DNA from: the human T2T-CHM13v2.0 reference genome, Homo sapiens
Direction: 5' to 3' (one strand)
DNA: 64,000 nt
Assembly: GCF_009914755.1 (NCBI RefSeq)
Contig: NC_060928.1
The translations under genes were made by a program, and so were the position numbers. The notes under the pieces were generated by a model. That model was given only the letters and a program-made list of their open reading frames with translations, was not told the DNA's origin and did not search any database. Position 1 is the first letter of the stretch; every line of letters begins with the position of its first letter. This document shows, in pieces, positions 28,765 to 42,930 of this stretch.

Positions 28765-30799
28765 ATTTAGAAAAAACAAACAAACAAACCAAAAAAACAA
28801 ACAAACAAAAAACAAAAAAACAAACGCAGAGTACTCTCAAAAATTTTATTAGAACTAATCTAAAAGTAGGCCAGGGAGCAGTTAAAATGGGGGGAAAAAG
28901 ACTATTTGAATTATTCTCTTGTGTAATGTTTGTAAATGGATGAAATGATTTGACTACTTAATTGCCTTGGTTGTGCCTCACAAAAGCAGAACACACACAC
29001 ACACACACACACCAACACAACACACACAGGCACCATTGATATTCTGTACTTCCATAATTGCCATCATTTGTTCAAATTTTGAAATTAAAATAGGTTCCTT
29101 TTGTTACATATAATAACATACTAAATAGAACGATAAGTTCAACCCCTTTGATGTTTTTTGGTAATGTCCCTAATTAAAAATAACTAGGCTCTCTAATCCA
29201 TAATTGCATGGACACCTAATATACCTAATATATTTCCAGCCAATTTTGCTTCAATCATAAATATGCACCAGAAGTACGAATGATCGACATTCTACTCCCT
29301 GCTGTAACTGTACTGTTTCTGAATCAAGGCTCTTTCTTGAATTGGGTATTTTCACTACATTTTCCTTGCTGTGCAATCATCTCCCAGTTGGACAATTAAT
29401 AAGTACTTTTTCTCCACAGCCCTTGACGTGTAACCCTCCTTATCCCGTATTTTAGCATGTACTATATACCTTCTTCACTCTGACTGGTTTTGGCAGTGAC
29501 CCACAATCTAAATCTCTTTCCTCCATTTGATATAAGTGAAACTATAATTATCTAGGGCTAATTTCAAATTACTACTTCATTCCACTAGCAACTGATGAAG
29601 ATTAGTGGTCTTGCCTTGCATCTAAGTAAGTCAGCAACATAATCACAAGAGAACTCAGCAGGCAACATTTGATTCATGTGAACTCAATTACTTCTGTCAA
29701 AAACATTCACTTCAATAAAAGACAGAAACTTCTAAAATGTGTTTTTGCTAACCATTTTTTACTAAAAAAAAAAAAGTCTCACATGAGTCTTAAGGGGAAA
29801 AAAATAGCATGAATTTCATCAGAAATAATAATAAATAACAAGTGGGGAAACATACTTGGATAAATGGATTTGAGACATTATTTATTTCTGAAAATAAAAA
29901 GACTTCCAAGAAAGAAATCTGTAGACTTAAATCAGTTTATTATAGAAAATTTAGGCATATAAGTAAGACTTACAAAAATAAATGTACACTATATTTTAAG
30001 TTCATACAATAGAAATGAGTATTTTGTTACCTCGTCAAAACCAGATTACTATGGGTGAGGTAGTCTATTTCTCTTAAAGAAAGTTAAATGAGAGGAAGTT
30101 ATATTAAGATGACAGATCACAAATTGCTAAATTGACCAGGACTCCAGACTCACTGCTTGGTCACCTGGATTGAGGCCATATGTTAATGAGCTGCCTAGCA
30201 TTCTGAATCTTGAAGGTTTAGTTTGTAAAAGGCCATGTGTCAACTCCATCATGCAAAGCACATATAACAAGTCACATAAGCATGATATGACAGCAAGTAC
30301 TCAGTCACCTGCCAGCACAGACTAAGAAATATTAACATATGAAAATCATTGCCACAGATATATTCAAACTTTAGCTTCTCAATAATATATTTTAATTAAA
30401 TTCTAATATAGTTTGGTTATCAAGAAACTGAATAATTAAATGTCATCATGTAATATGGCCATATTATATTTAAGTATGTGATGTTCTGTGCTCTGTAAAA
30501 TTCACTAAATTGGCTTCTCTAATAGTATGTGAAGTACCAATCACATATGACTTAATACCTTGAATATGAAATTTGGGCTGAGAGTCTTAGAACTAAGAAA
30601 TGATTAAGTTAAAAGACATATCCATCAATTTTCAGACCAAGGAGATATTTTAGAGATAATACAAAGGTAAAATAAATCAACACAATGTGATATTTAACAT
30701 AGAATAACATAGTATTCTTTTACACCTTTGCAGATTTTCTTTCCTCTCTTTTGAATTCATTGTCCTTCTCTTGTGCTTTTTGACTTCTTTCTCATCCCT

Positions 30800-31570
30800 T
30801 AAGTTAAGGAGTACATGGTCTCCCGCTACTCCTGCCATCAAGGTGTATGTGGACTAACAGGAGTAGAAAAAATAATTAAACAGATAACAAGTATGCAAAT
30901 ATAGGTAAAATAATAGTTCTAAATTGTTTTGTGACAAAAGATATATGAGTAAACAGTGACGCTTGATTTAGCCTTGATTGATTGGGGCATCTTCTCTGTA
31001 GAAGGGATATTGGAGCACAGATCTGAAGGATTAGTGTATGTTAGATACAAGAATAATCCATGCAAGAGAACATATTCTTAAAACAACAAGTAGTGAAAAA
31101 GAGCAAATTGAGAAACTGAAAAAAGTTAGCTTGGCTAGTGCATAGGGAAGGGGAGAAAGCAAAATTTAAGATGAGACATGAAAGATAACTGGAGCAAAAC
31201 CATGCAGCCTCTTAATGATAAAACTTTGTCTTAAAGGAAACCACTGAAGTGTATAAAGTGTGTGTGTGAAGGGGGGAGGTTTCAGGGGTAGGATGGATGT
31301 GTGAAACAAATATTTGCATTTGTTATAGGTGATATATTCATATAGTTAAAAAACCAAAACTATATATAAAGTCATTCATTAAATTTGAAAACAAAGTTTC
31401 AACAAGGTTTACCTCTATATTGAAGGAAGAAGGAAATAGAAGTAGATGATTTAAAGAGAAAGTTGACTGGTAATTTCTATAAACACTGTGATGGATTGGA
31501 ACTGGATAGTGAGTAGGAAAGAGATGAGAGAAATGATTCCTAAATTTCTGGCTTATTTAGAAGGATGATT
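30800..31570 (-). mobile_element. L2 LINE relic
   Basis: Purine-rich segments typical of reverse-complement L2: ggagcacagatctgaaggat-agt, gagaaactgaaaaaag-agcttggctag, ggaaaccactgaag, aatgattcctaaatttctggctt. Confidence 0.6.
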
Positions 31571-31651
31571 CCAAATCATCAAGATCTCCACTTAGAGGTT
31601 TGAGGCTAGCAGGTTAAGATGTAAAATGAGCTAGAGTCATGGTGGCATTTT

Positions 31652-31654
<3 letters not shown>

Positions 31655-31690
<36 letters not shown>
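31655..31690. repeat. (CA)18 microsatellite
   Basis: Direct reading. Confidence 0.95.
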
Positions 31691-31692
<2 letters not shown>

Positions 31693-33954
31693 ATTTACAT
31701 GTACTTATTGTGTACAGATAGAAATCTCTCAACAATATCTATGATGCTTTAGTTCTCCAAAGCAAGCCCTCAAGATGTATTTATTCATTCAATGAGTCAT
31801 TCTATTACATAAGTTATGTGTAGAATAAATACTTGAAACTCTTCCTAGAGTGCCATCACATACCATTTGTACATAGTAAAATACCAGCAAGCGTTAATCA
31901 TACCGACTACATGTGTGAAACATTCTCTGGGCTGTAGTAAACTTTTTGCATTACCTCTGCAAACCACTGCTCCTACTACCAAGGGAGGAAGATAAATGCA
32001 TGAATTAAGACAGAGTCCAGTTAAGTAAAGTTTTCTACAATGAAATGTCTCCAGTTAATCCAATGTCCATCAATTAAGGTTCTACTTTTCAATTATTAAG
32101 AGAATAACATGAGAAGAGAAAGAAAAGATGTATGCTAACACTTGCACTAAGACTGCACTGCATTCTGTCAGAACGCTGCCTCCCAGGATTTTTGTGACTA
32201 TCACCAGCAGAATGTTTTAATCTCATCGACAATCAAAATGCATCCTCGAAACACGGAGAGAGGCCTCTTATACTATCTGTCAATCAAAATAATGACAAAG
32301 GTCATGGTGGTCTGAATTAAGTGCTCACATATTCTCTAAAATGATAGAAACAAACAACCAAATAGAGTACGTTGTTTTATAATACTAATAAACAAATTTT
32401 TAGAAATAATTAATAAGATTTATATTTACAATATTTTAGACAGAAATATATTCAATGGATTGCTTATAACTCCTGCTTTTGATCCTTTAATTACATAAAA
32501 CCTCACCTTAAACCAATAAGATTGCTCAAAAGTAAAAGATAATATTAGAACATTTCTTTAATTCCAGTCCTGAAGAAATTATGATTCTTTTCCCCAATAA
32601 GCTTTTAAGCATTTTATAAACGTAATTTTGATGGAACAAAACTTTCAGATGTACTTGTGTAGATATAAAATCAGATGTAGAAAGTTGTAGCTTGCATGGA
32701 AAAACAACAGAATTAATAGTAGATGGTATTTCAAAGATACAAAATAGAAACTGGTGCTGAAAAAGGAATTTCAAGTAAAGTGCAATGTGTTTCTGGAGAG
32801 AATTAATTAACCAAGTTATTATAATTTACAGGTAATTTCCCTAGTTTTGTTTCCCTGGATCGATAATCAATCTACAGTCAAGCAAGAACAAATGAGGAAG
32901 TCTGATTCATGTAACAGAGTGGACTTAGGAAAAATAAATGCACCTAAAGCTACCAGGTGGGACTAAGGGGCTGCTCAGCATTCAAAGTTCCCTAAGTTAA
33001 TATTCATTAACTTTCATTACCTAGTTAGTACACTCACATCATGATGAAAACAAGTTCAGGATCATGAGGGTGAATAATTTAAATAAAAACATGCTGCTTT
33101 CTTTCCCATAAACTGCTCTTCGTTTTGATATAAAATACTCCCCTGTTCCAGAAAGCCATTGACAAATTTCCAGTTTAAACGGCCAACTCACCACACTGCG
33201 GGCAAAATGAGGGCATTTTCAAAGGAAGAGAGAAGCATGCATGATCAAGTTTCAATTTAAAAGAAAAATAAAAACAGAAAAAAAAATCCCCCAGGGCAAA
33301 TTGCTTTAAAATGACCTTTTGTATTGGTTCTATCTTCAAATAGTTATTTTTGTGGGGCACTGCTTATTATGCATTTAAAAATATCTGTAATTTTTAAAAA
33401 GCAAGCATGTAATTACAACCATAAGTAAACAACACAGTAAACTAATCCTGTCAGTTTACAAATGTTTTGCTATAAAGTTAATATGGCTGAACTTTTTTTC
33501 TGAAGAATTTTTAAAAGGCAGTTAAAAACATGCCAAAACTAGTCTAATCTAAGATTTTGCATTTAAATTTTATACAGCAAATAAAGAGTAGAAAATAAGT
33601 TCATGGAGAGAAAATAGATGTAGCAGACAATAATTATACAATGAAGGTTACTAGTCCCTTGGTTTGAGTTTTTCAAAAATAAAATTTCTAAAAGCAAAGT
33701 GAATATGAAATATTACACTGCAAGTCAGACACTCTCTGAGTATTAATTATGTATATCCAATAAAATATTACATTAAATCTTTCACGGTTGCCAGAAATTT
33801 TAAAATTCTGAAAAGAGAAAAATAAAACTTGAGAGAAATAATCTCCATAAATTAGCAAAGTAAAAGGTCATTTCCTCATAATCATTGGAGGAAATACATA
33901 TACATGATCCAACTGAAGCAGACAGCCCCTGCAGATCTGGAGGCAAACTCTTAC

Positions 33955-34618
33955 CTTGACAGGTGCCATTTTTCTCTTCATATCCTGCCTTGCACATGCA
34001 TTTCCCGATGGGCACCAGCCACTCCCCTTCGGCGCTGCAGTGCATTTTGGGAGGTTCATCGGTCACAGAATGGTTGACACAGGAGCCTGACACTTCGAGC
34101 AATTGGGAAGAATCAGCTCCAGTGATGGTGTCAGGGAAGACAGCCAAGTGTCGTACCACAGAAGGGCATTTTTTATAGTATACACGCACAGAAACCAGAG
34201 CAATGCAAGCACCAACATCTTGAAAAGCAAGATAAAATCCCTTTTTGCTTAGAGGTCCTACATCTCTGACCTCTGTATTCAGTTTCATAACACGGTCACC
34301 AAGATCAAGTTCTGTAAAGCTTTCATCGGCAGCAATGGTATCAATTTTGATGTATTGGTTTTCCTTGATGTTTCTCCCATTCTGATCATCTGACTCAAAG
34401 TAATACATATTAAAGGTTTCCTTACAGGTCCCCAGTCCTCCAGGAAGGCTGTTGCAGTCCCGCAGGGTAAATTTGAGTTCTATGAAGATTCTGGAAGCAC
34501 CTTCATTGGAGATCCAACTGGTCAAAAGCCAGTTATTCTGATTCTGTTCCATCACTTTGCATACTTGGTATGTGTGGATAGGGGCATAATTTTCATCCAC
34601 TTCACCAATCTCTTCCCA
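33955..34618 (-). CDS. EPHA5: EPH receptor A5 internal coding exon (exon 3): ephrin ligand-binding domain plus start of sushi/Cys-rich region
   Basis: Translation [60 protein letters not shown]...[25 protein letters not shown] is an EphA ectodomain that I recognise as EphA5. Acceptor ttttatattgtacag|TGG (AG at 34620-34619), donor CAAG|gtaagag (GT at 33954-33953). 664 bp, phase 0 to phase 1. Confidence 0.96.
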
Positions 34619-37600
34619 CTGTACAATATAAAATAGAAAGATAAAAAAATTCAAAAAATAGAAAATAACAAGGAACTATAGCAAAAATTATAAAAGAAAA
34701 CTAACTGAGATATAGAAATATTCGTATCCTCAATATGTGATATTTACAGAAGGAACTAGATATAAAGTATTGGGAGAAGAGAATCACAAATTTTTATTGT
34801 AATTTTTAAATTAAAAGTAAATTAAGAAATTATTATTCTTCATCTCCAACATAACTCCAAGACGAACACATATGAATATGCCCCAGGGCAGGAAGGAACC
34901 ATGCATTTCAGAGTAAAAGTAAAAGAAATTTAAACGTGGGTGAGGTTAACAAAATGAAGCAAAGAAAGAAAAATACGTATATTTTGAATAAAGTTCAGCA
35001 TATACATAAATAGGGTAGAATACAAGAAATGCAATTAAAAAAATGAAATAAGGGATAAAAGGATCGCAAATTTGAAAAAGAAGGGAGAAAAATGTAATAT
35101 AAAAACAGTCATTTATTTAAATCTGTCATGTCACAAATAACACACCAATGGAATAAAAGTTGAAAGAAAATCCTTTAGTTTAAAATTAATAATAGATCTT
35201 TATTTCACTGAACCCATCTATTCAGGACTCTCACAAATTGGCTAGCTAAATATTAATTCATAGATTTATCTACATATATAAACATGGAGACAGATATGAA
35301 AGAAAGATTAAAAATTACAGATTAAGAATATGGATAGCCTTGTCATTTTGAATATTAGCTAACTTCTTGCGATATGTTGGGACCCCATTAATTCTTTCTT
35401 ACCAAGGCATTATTTTATGCATATGGCCTTAAGAGTTCTGAAGATATACAGGACGTAAAAAAAATTAAGTACAATTTATATAGCTTCCAAAATATTATTT
35501 GGCCAAAGAAGAGTTCTAAACCTATCTCTTTCCTAATAAAATACTCCAGTTTTGAGAATCTCGATGTACCATAACCATTTCCTGAACGGTACAGAGCCAA
35601 ATTTTTATTTTTCATAAAGAAGTAATTATAATTTAAGGAATTTCTGAAGCCTGTAAAAAATCTGTGTGTACAAAAGTGATATATAATTTTAAATCTTTAA
35701 AATACCACTGGAACACAAAGAACAATGAAACCATACTGACTTTCAAAAAATCCAGAATGTGTGATTTCAGACATTAAGTATTGTAGATAAAAAAAACTTC
35801 ATAGACACTCATTTCTTTAGACATGAAATTAAATATAGCATTATTTCTTGATTCTGTTCTAAAAGCAAAGATGTGAAAAATGCAAGGCACAAAGGATGCA
35901 AATAAATCTTATACATCAGATGGCTCCTCTCGAAATCTAGCTGCAACATCAGACAGACATAAGCAAAAGGTGCTAATGAGGTAAAACTGTTGAGCTCCTT
36001 AAATTCACAAGAGAGAGACATGAAGATTTTATCCTGCCAAACAATTTCCATATATGTTATTACCTAAAGCCTCAGTTCTTTCACTAAATCTCATTTTTGT
36101 CCTCTCTCAAAATGTATATATACTCTACTTAGCTCCCGATTTTCTAAACCAGATATCTATTGCAGCACTCCATAATTAAACTACTTACATTTTCTTTCCA
36201 ATGTGATTTAAGTATCAATCTCTTTATATTATAAATGGCACCAAATATTATGATCAATATTTCATGCAAAAGAATATGTCAACTAACCAAATAAAATGGT
36301 AAGAATTATCAATTTACCATAATAAGATTAAATATATATTTTTTGAATTAGTCAAATGAAAGATATCAAAAATCTCTTCTCTATAAAAAGAAAATAAAAA
36401 TGTTACCTCATTTCTGTTTCAAATATTTGTTTTATGATAATCTTCCAATACAAAACACAAATATGTATATTTTTTGCCTTGAATCACTTATTGATGACCT
36501 ATTTCTGGACAATATATTCTAGTAGGATCCTCCTAGCAAGTAAAAGCAAGCAGAATAACAGGATCTTTCAAGATTATAAGCCAAGCAATTCAGCCTTTGT
36601 CTGTACAAAGTCCAGGGTACCACAAATACTATTAAAAATGCAAGCCAAGCAGCACTTGACAAGATAGCTTAATAGTTACTGCTTCAGGTGATAATTTCAA
36701 AGTATGTGCATAAGCATCTTGCTTCTTTGAATATTCTCAGTTAAGAAGATGGAAACTACAATTTTCTTTGAATTCAGAAACTGTCATGGTGAGATTTTAT
36801 TTATTTTTCTTTTCAAGTACCCAAAACATAAATGATGTCTCACATTTAATATTTCTAGTGAGCAAATAGAATGAGTTTAATTTAAATAATTATGGCCATA
36901 AGCCATTCAGAGAATCACATGGGTAATATATCCATCTCTAATATCTGCTGTCATTGAGACACATATACTAAGAAATTGACAGAAAGATTTTATTTTAGGC
37001 TGGCTCTCTGAAATAAAACTTTGAATTTTTCTAAGCTTTCTTTCCCCTTTAACATGAAGAGAATATCTTGCTGTCCTCAGCAAAAATCAGGTATGTAAAA
37101 AAAAAAAAACCAAGAGGATGAAGAGAAAGTAACACTCACCAAGAACTTTAGAATGTGGCAGACGTATTCCTAGACACTTTTACAAATGTCATGTACAGGA
37201 TATTACAGTAACTTAATAAAAGGCACAGATAGGAATCAATATTTTCTGTTCATTTTTGTTGGATTTTCCATGACTTCATGATTTAATAAAAATATTTGCT
37301 GATCCTTCGATTACTAGAAGTTGTGAGCCTGGACATTTTGGAAGCATGGATTGCTTAATGCAATATGATGGCTGTAGCTCTGCTCTTTAGGTCTAGCAAT
37401 TATTCAATGCCATCCCCTGAGCCCATGCTTTCCTGTACGTTTATTTCCTCCTTATTGCCCATTCTTTCCCGTTAAGAATAAATAACTGGTTACGCAGCTT
37501 GGGTTTGCTTGATTTATCTCCCAGATTCTTAGGGTTACTCCTTTTCCCTCAGGGCTCTGAAAATTCCAGGTCAGTTGCGTTCTAAACCCATTGCTGGCCA

Positions 37601-38594
37601 GGCATCTCACACCAGCCACATTCATCAGAGAAGGGTCGGGGGAAGAAAGAACTTACTTTCATAACCATATGTGTATCATGCAGTTACAATGTTTTTCTAC
37701 CCAAGCCGTTAGGAACTAGTTTCTCCCCATCTGCCTCTCATTGCTCTCTTGGCCTTCTGGTATCAAGCGCCTGCTGTTTCCTACCTTGTTGGCATTGCTC
37801 TCCTTTCCAGATCCCCAGCCTATACATCGTTTTTTCATGAAGAGCTTGAAAATACTGACTCATGACACATGGGCTGGACCAGAAATCCCTCTTACATTAT
37901 GTCCCCAAATTCACAGTAGGAAGCATCATGTGAACAGAGACAATTTTAACCTTTCAAGTTATTAGGGGTGCCCATTATCTAGTTCTGTTTTCATTATTAT
38001 GTTTCTATTTATCTTGATTCTATATCGAGAGTGATCTATTGAGGCTAAGGTGCAACAGTAAGAAACTTTGGAGTAGACATCTGAAAAAAAAAATGGCACT
38101 GTATGGGTCTTGTATAGAAGAAAAGTACAAGCCCGAAGCTCTAGTTTTAGTCCCAGCTCTTATAATATCTAGATATATAAGCTGAGATCCAATCTCTGGC
38201 ATAACAACTATGCAACTCTGTAATGAGAATGAAAGCTCTCTATCCTAGGCATCTAATATTCAATAGAGAACATCACAAAGAGCCTTAAAAGAGCCAGTCC
38301 TATTGTTCATTTTAGAAATAAGAAATTGAAGACCAGACCAAAAAAAAAGGATTTACTCAAGTTCACACAAGACCAAGCTGACTACCTGGGCATCTCCTTT
38401 GCCCATATCTTCCTTTGTCTTCTTGTCAGCATGTCTCTGCCTCAAAGGGTGGATTTGTGCATGGGATTCCTTGATTCGTTGCATTAATTGCTACACAACA
38501 TTTTTTCCAGACGTCATGTAACCATCAATAAGTCTTTTTTTTCTTTTGCTATATATTTTAATACTCAACCCCAATATGAGGGAGAGGCAGGCAT

Positions 38595-38688
38595 GCATGA
38601 TTTTCTTATCGTCAACTGTATCTTAGAGTCTGATACAACAGGGCACAGAGTAGGGCACTTGATATACATTTTATAATGAATGAATTAA
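38595..38688 (+). mobile_element. L2 3' terminus relic
   Basis: ctgtatc...ggcacagagtagggcacttgatatacattt...aatgaatgaat. Confidence 0.5.
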
Positions 38689-39556
38689 TATCAAACATAT
38701 ACATATAACTTCTTAATTCAGAGATCCCACTAATTTGGAATAATTCAAACATATTGAATAAATAGTTAAATGTTTTGTGCTATCTTTAAAACAAGAAAAT
38801 ACATTTTCTTCTCTGTAAATCGTCAGAATTTTATAAGAGCAAATTAGAAAGGTTTATAAAAGCAGATTAAAAATTAGTTTGGTAATTCTTAATTAAAAAC
38901 ACTAAGTATTTATTAAAAGAGATTGTCTTATTTCCATTGTTGATACAATTTTTATGAGTTTAGTTTTGCCTATTAACCTGTTGAATGATTTTTCACTAGC
39001 ATTACATTTTACTAATTGTAACTGATAACTAAGTTTATTTTATTTGTGAGCCTATGTTTTCAAAATAAGTTTTTATTTTGTCACTCAGTAGTCTTCTTCA
39101 CCATTCTGTGTAAATCAAAAGCCCAGAATATAGCATATCGGTTCAAGGAACTATGGACATATTTCATATTTCAGTCAAATAATATTACGACCATCTTAGG
39201 GATTTCCTTTGCAGAATTACATAAAAATCTGGCAAAGAATCAATTGCCTGCAGCTTTACTCTGACATGACCAAATCATAACTTTCTAGGAAGACCTTGTT
39301 TATCACCTAACTGCCTCTTTAAATACAGGGAAAGCTGTTCTTCACACTTTGAGTCACATATTTTAAATATAATATCTTCTCAAGTTCCTCAAAACTACAT
39401 AAAATATAGGTTTTAAATTTAAAATATTTTTATATATCATTTATTGTGATTTTCATTGTGCAAATGTGTGTGGTATGTTTTGTTTCACACACTATGTTTT
39501 GCTAACTTTACTGAAGATATCCTGATTTCAAATTACTAACTCACTGATGTTTTTTT

Positions 39557-40570
39557 TAAAGATATAAACCTAATACCTAAAACCATAAAAACCCTAGAAG
39601 AAAACCTAGGCAATACCATTCAGGACATAGGCATGGGCAAATAATTCATAACTAAAACACCAAAATCAATGGCAACAAAAGCCCCAAATTGACAAATGAG
39701 ATATAATTAAAGAGCTTATGCACAGCAAAAGAAACTATCATCGGAGTGAACAGGCAACCTACAGAATGGGAGAAAATTTCTGAAATCTACCCATCTGACA
39801 AAGGGCTAATATCCAGAATCTACCCCCCAAAAAATACAAAAACAAACAAACAAACAAACAAAAAAACATCAAAAAGTGGGCAAAGGATACGAACAGACAC
39901 TTCTCAAAAGAAGACATTTATGCAGCCAACAAATATGCGAAAAAAAGCTCATCATCACTTGTCATTAGAGAAACGCAAATCAAAACCACAGTGAGTTACC
40001 ATCTCATGCCAGTTACAATGGCGATCATTAAAAAGCCAGGAAACCACAGATGCTGGAGAGGGTGTGGAGAAATAGGAACACTTTTACACTGTTGGTGGGA
40101 GTGTAAATTAGTTCAACCATTGTGGAAAACACTGTGGCAATTCCTCAAGGATCTAGAACCTGAAATACCATTTGACCCAGCAATCCCATTACTGGGTATA
40201 TATCCAAAGGATTCTAAATCATTCTATTATAAAGACACATGCACATGCATGTTTACTGCAGCACTGATCACAATAACAAAGACATGGAAGCATCCCAAAT
40301 GCCCATCAATGTTAGACTGGATAAAGAAATGGTCACATATATACACCATGAAACACTGTGCAGCCATACTAAACGATGAGTTCATGTCCTTTTCAGGGAC
40401 GTGGATGAAGCCAGGGAGTGGGCGGCTAGGGGAGGGATAGCATTAGGAAAACTACCTAATGTAGATGATGGGTTGATGGGTGCAGCAAATCACCATGGCA
40501 CGTGTATTACCTATGTAACAAACCTGCACGTTCTGCACATATATCCCAGAGCTTAAAGTATTTTAAAAAA
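39557..40570 (+). mobile_element. L1PA (approximately PA6-PA8) 3' fragment: ORF2 C-terminus plus 3'UTR with an internal deletion near 40412
   Basis: aaaaccataaaaaccctagaagaaaacctaggcaataccattcaggacataggcatgggcaaa; ORF 39991-40440 [27 protein letters not shown] is the L1 ORF2 Cys-rich domain; ends atgtaacaaacctgcacgttctgcacat-tatcccaga-cttaaagta. Confidence 0.92.
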
Positions 40571-40604
40571 GCAGTACCACCCCATGATTTTAGAAAGTGC
40601 CTGG

Positions 40605-40960
<356 letters not shown>

Positions 40961-42382
40961 TCAAACAATAAAGAGTCAAATAAAAGTGCAAACTTCATCT
41001 TGGGTTATAATCCTTTGAAAGATATTGTGTGCTAATTTAAAGGTGATCCTGGAAGAAGAGTTTAAATATATAGATCAATTTTAGATCAATTTTCCTGTTA
41101 TGCAATGCATGCATGACATAATTATACTGCAGAATAAACTGCATCTTTTTGCAGATGAGTAAACTGAGGCCACAAACAACTGGCATACTAATTAGGGCCA
41201 AATTAATGTCTACAATTAGAAATCTGTGCTTATAAATTATTTTTTCTCTTTTTTAGGGGTTAAAATTACTATGCATAAAATATAAGGCCACTCGAGGTCA
41301 TTTTAATGAACGAAAGATTCATTACCTAATGAACTAGGTATTTATGTTTTCAAAAGACAAAATTATGTGCCCTTGTTGTAGAATTATAGCTTCCATCCTC
41401 CTTGTTCACTTTCCTTATTTTGGATCAAGAAAAAAATGGGCAATCCATTGAGCAACAGAAGCATCTCTATTTTTACATATAACAACAAGAAAAATGTGGT
41501 TTTAAAAGAATAAAACATGTAGCACAGTTTCTGTTTTAGAAATTCAAATTCTCTAATAGCTATGATTCTTTAGAAAATAAATATGACAAAATATATCAGC
41601 TTTCAGCAAAAATCATTTGAATCAAAACCTTGTTATATTTCCTCAATATTATGTTAGTGGGAAAAAAAGACTTGCATCAAGTAGGAGTTTGAGTTGTTCA
41701 AAACATCTTTAAAATTCGTAAGTATGATGCAGCAGTATTGCTAGAAATGACTCTATTAATTTTCTGTGTATGAAATAAAACTGAAGTTGATTACTTTATT
41801 GCCTGTGGAATAGTACAAATATTTATGAGCTCAAATTCAATTCATAATACAAATGAAATCACTTGAGAAACACAGAGATTAAAACTTTCAGGTTAATATT
41901 AATCTTTTTGCAGCAAAATTCACAGAAAATTGAGCATCTATTTTCAACAGTAAATGTGAATGGCAAGCTAGATATTTTTTTTTTCAACCTGGAGGAAAAA
42001 AATCAGTTTTTTTTTTTTCATTCAATGTTGTCATTGTATTTTTTCAAAAACGTATGGATCCTTTCCTCATTAATTCCTTTAACAATTATCCAAGTGCAGA
42101 AGCAATAAATGGAAGGATGGAAAAATCAAAAGTAGCATATCAGATAAAATACACACAATTAGAACAGTTTATGATTTAATCAAGAAAAGTATTTCTTAGT
42201 TAAATATCATGATGAACATAATATGCAAACAAAAAAAACCCAAAAAGCATATATATAGACTGATTATGTATTTATTATGTATTTATTGCTATTCTACTTT
42301 TAATGAGAGATATTAAACAGTTTCTCATTATATAAAATGATCAAAGATGTCATAAACACTTCAAATTTTAAAATAAGGCATT

Positions 42383-42930
42383 CAAAAAGACATATGAACT
42401 CATATGTTCATTGCAGCACTATTCACAACAGCAAAGACAAGGAATCAACCAAGATGCCCATCAACAGCGAACAGGATAAAAAAATGTGGTAAATATAGAC
42501 TATGGAATAGTCTATATTGGAATAGTCTAATAGTCTATATATGGAATAGTCTAATACACAGCCATTAAAAAGAATGAGATCCTGTCCTTTGCAGCAACAT
42601 GGATGCAGTTGGAGGCCATCATCCTAAGCAAACTAACACAGAAACAGAAATCCAAATACTGCATGTTCTCATTTAAACACTGAATACACAGGGACACAAA
42701 GACAGGAACAACAGACACTAGGGACTGCTTGACAGAGGAGTGTGTGTGGCTGTATGGGTTGGAAGGCTGCCTATCTGGTACTATGCTCACTATCTGAGTG
42801 ACTGAATCATCTATACACCAAGGCTGTGTGACATGCAGTTTCCCCATGTAACAAACCTGCACATGTGCCCCGAGAACCTAAAATAAAAATAGAAGAATAA
42901 ACAAATTAATTAATTAATTAATTAAACAAA
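42383..42930 (+). mobile_element. L1 3' end (old L1PA15-16/L1PB-like)
   Basis: atgttcattgcagcactattcacaa-agcaaagac...ggtactatgctcacta-ctg-gtgac...ccatgtaacaaacctgcacatgt-ccc..gaacctaaaataaaa, then an A-rich/(TTAA)n tail. Confidence 0.88.

Noticed and set aside
33800-34654. 284-aa ORF as a standalone gene
   Set aside because: N-terminal [12 protein letters not shown] is the translated polypyrimidine tract; the real unit is the spliced exon 33955-34618.
39991-40440. 149-aa ORF with Cys-rich motif
   Set aside because: C-terminal fragment of L1 ORF2 in a truncated, deleted, inactive copy.
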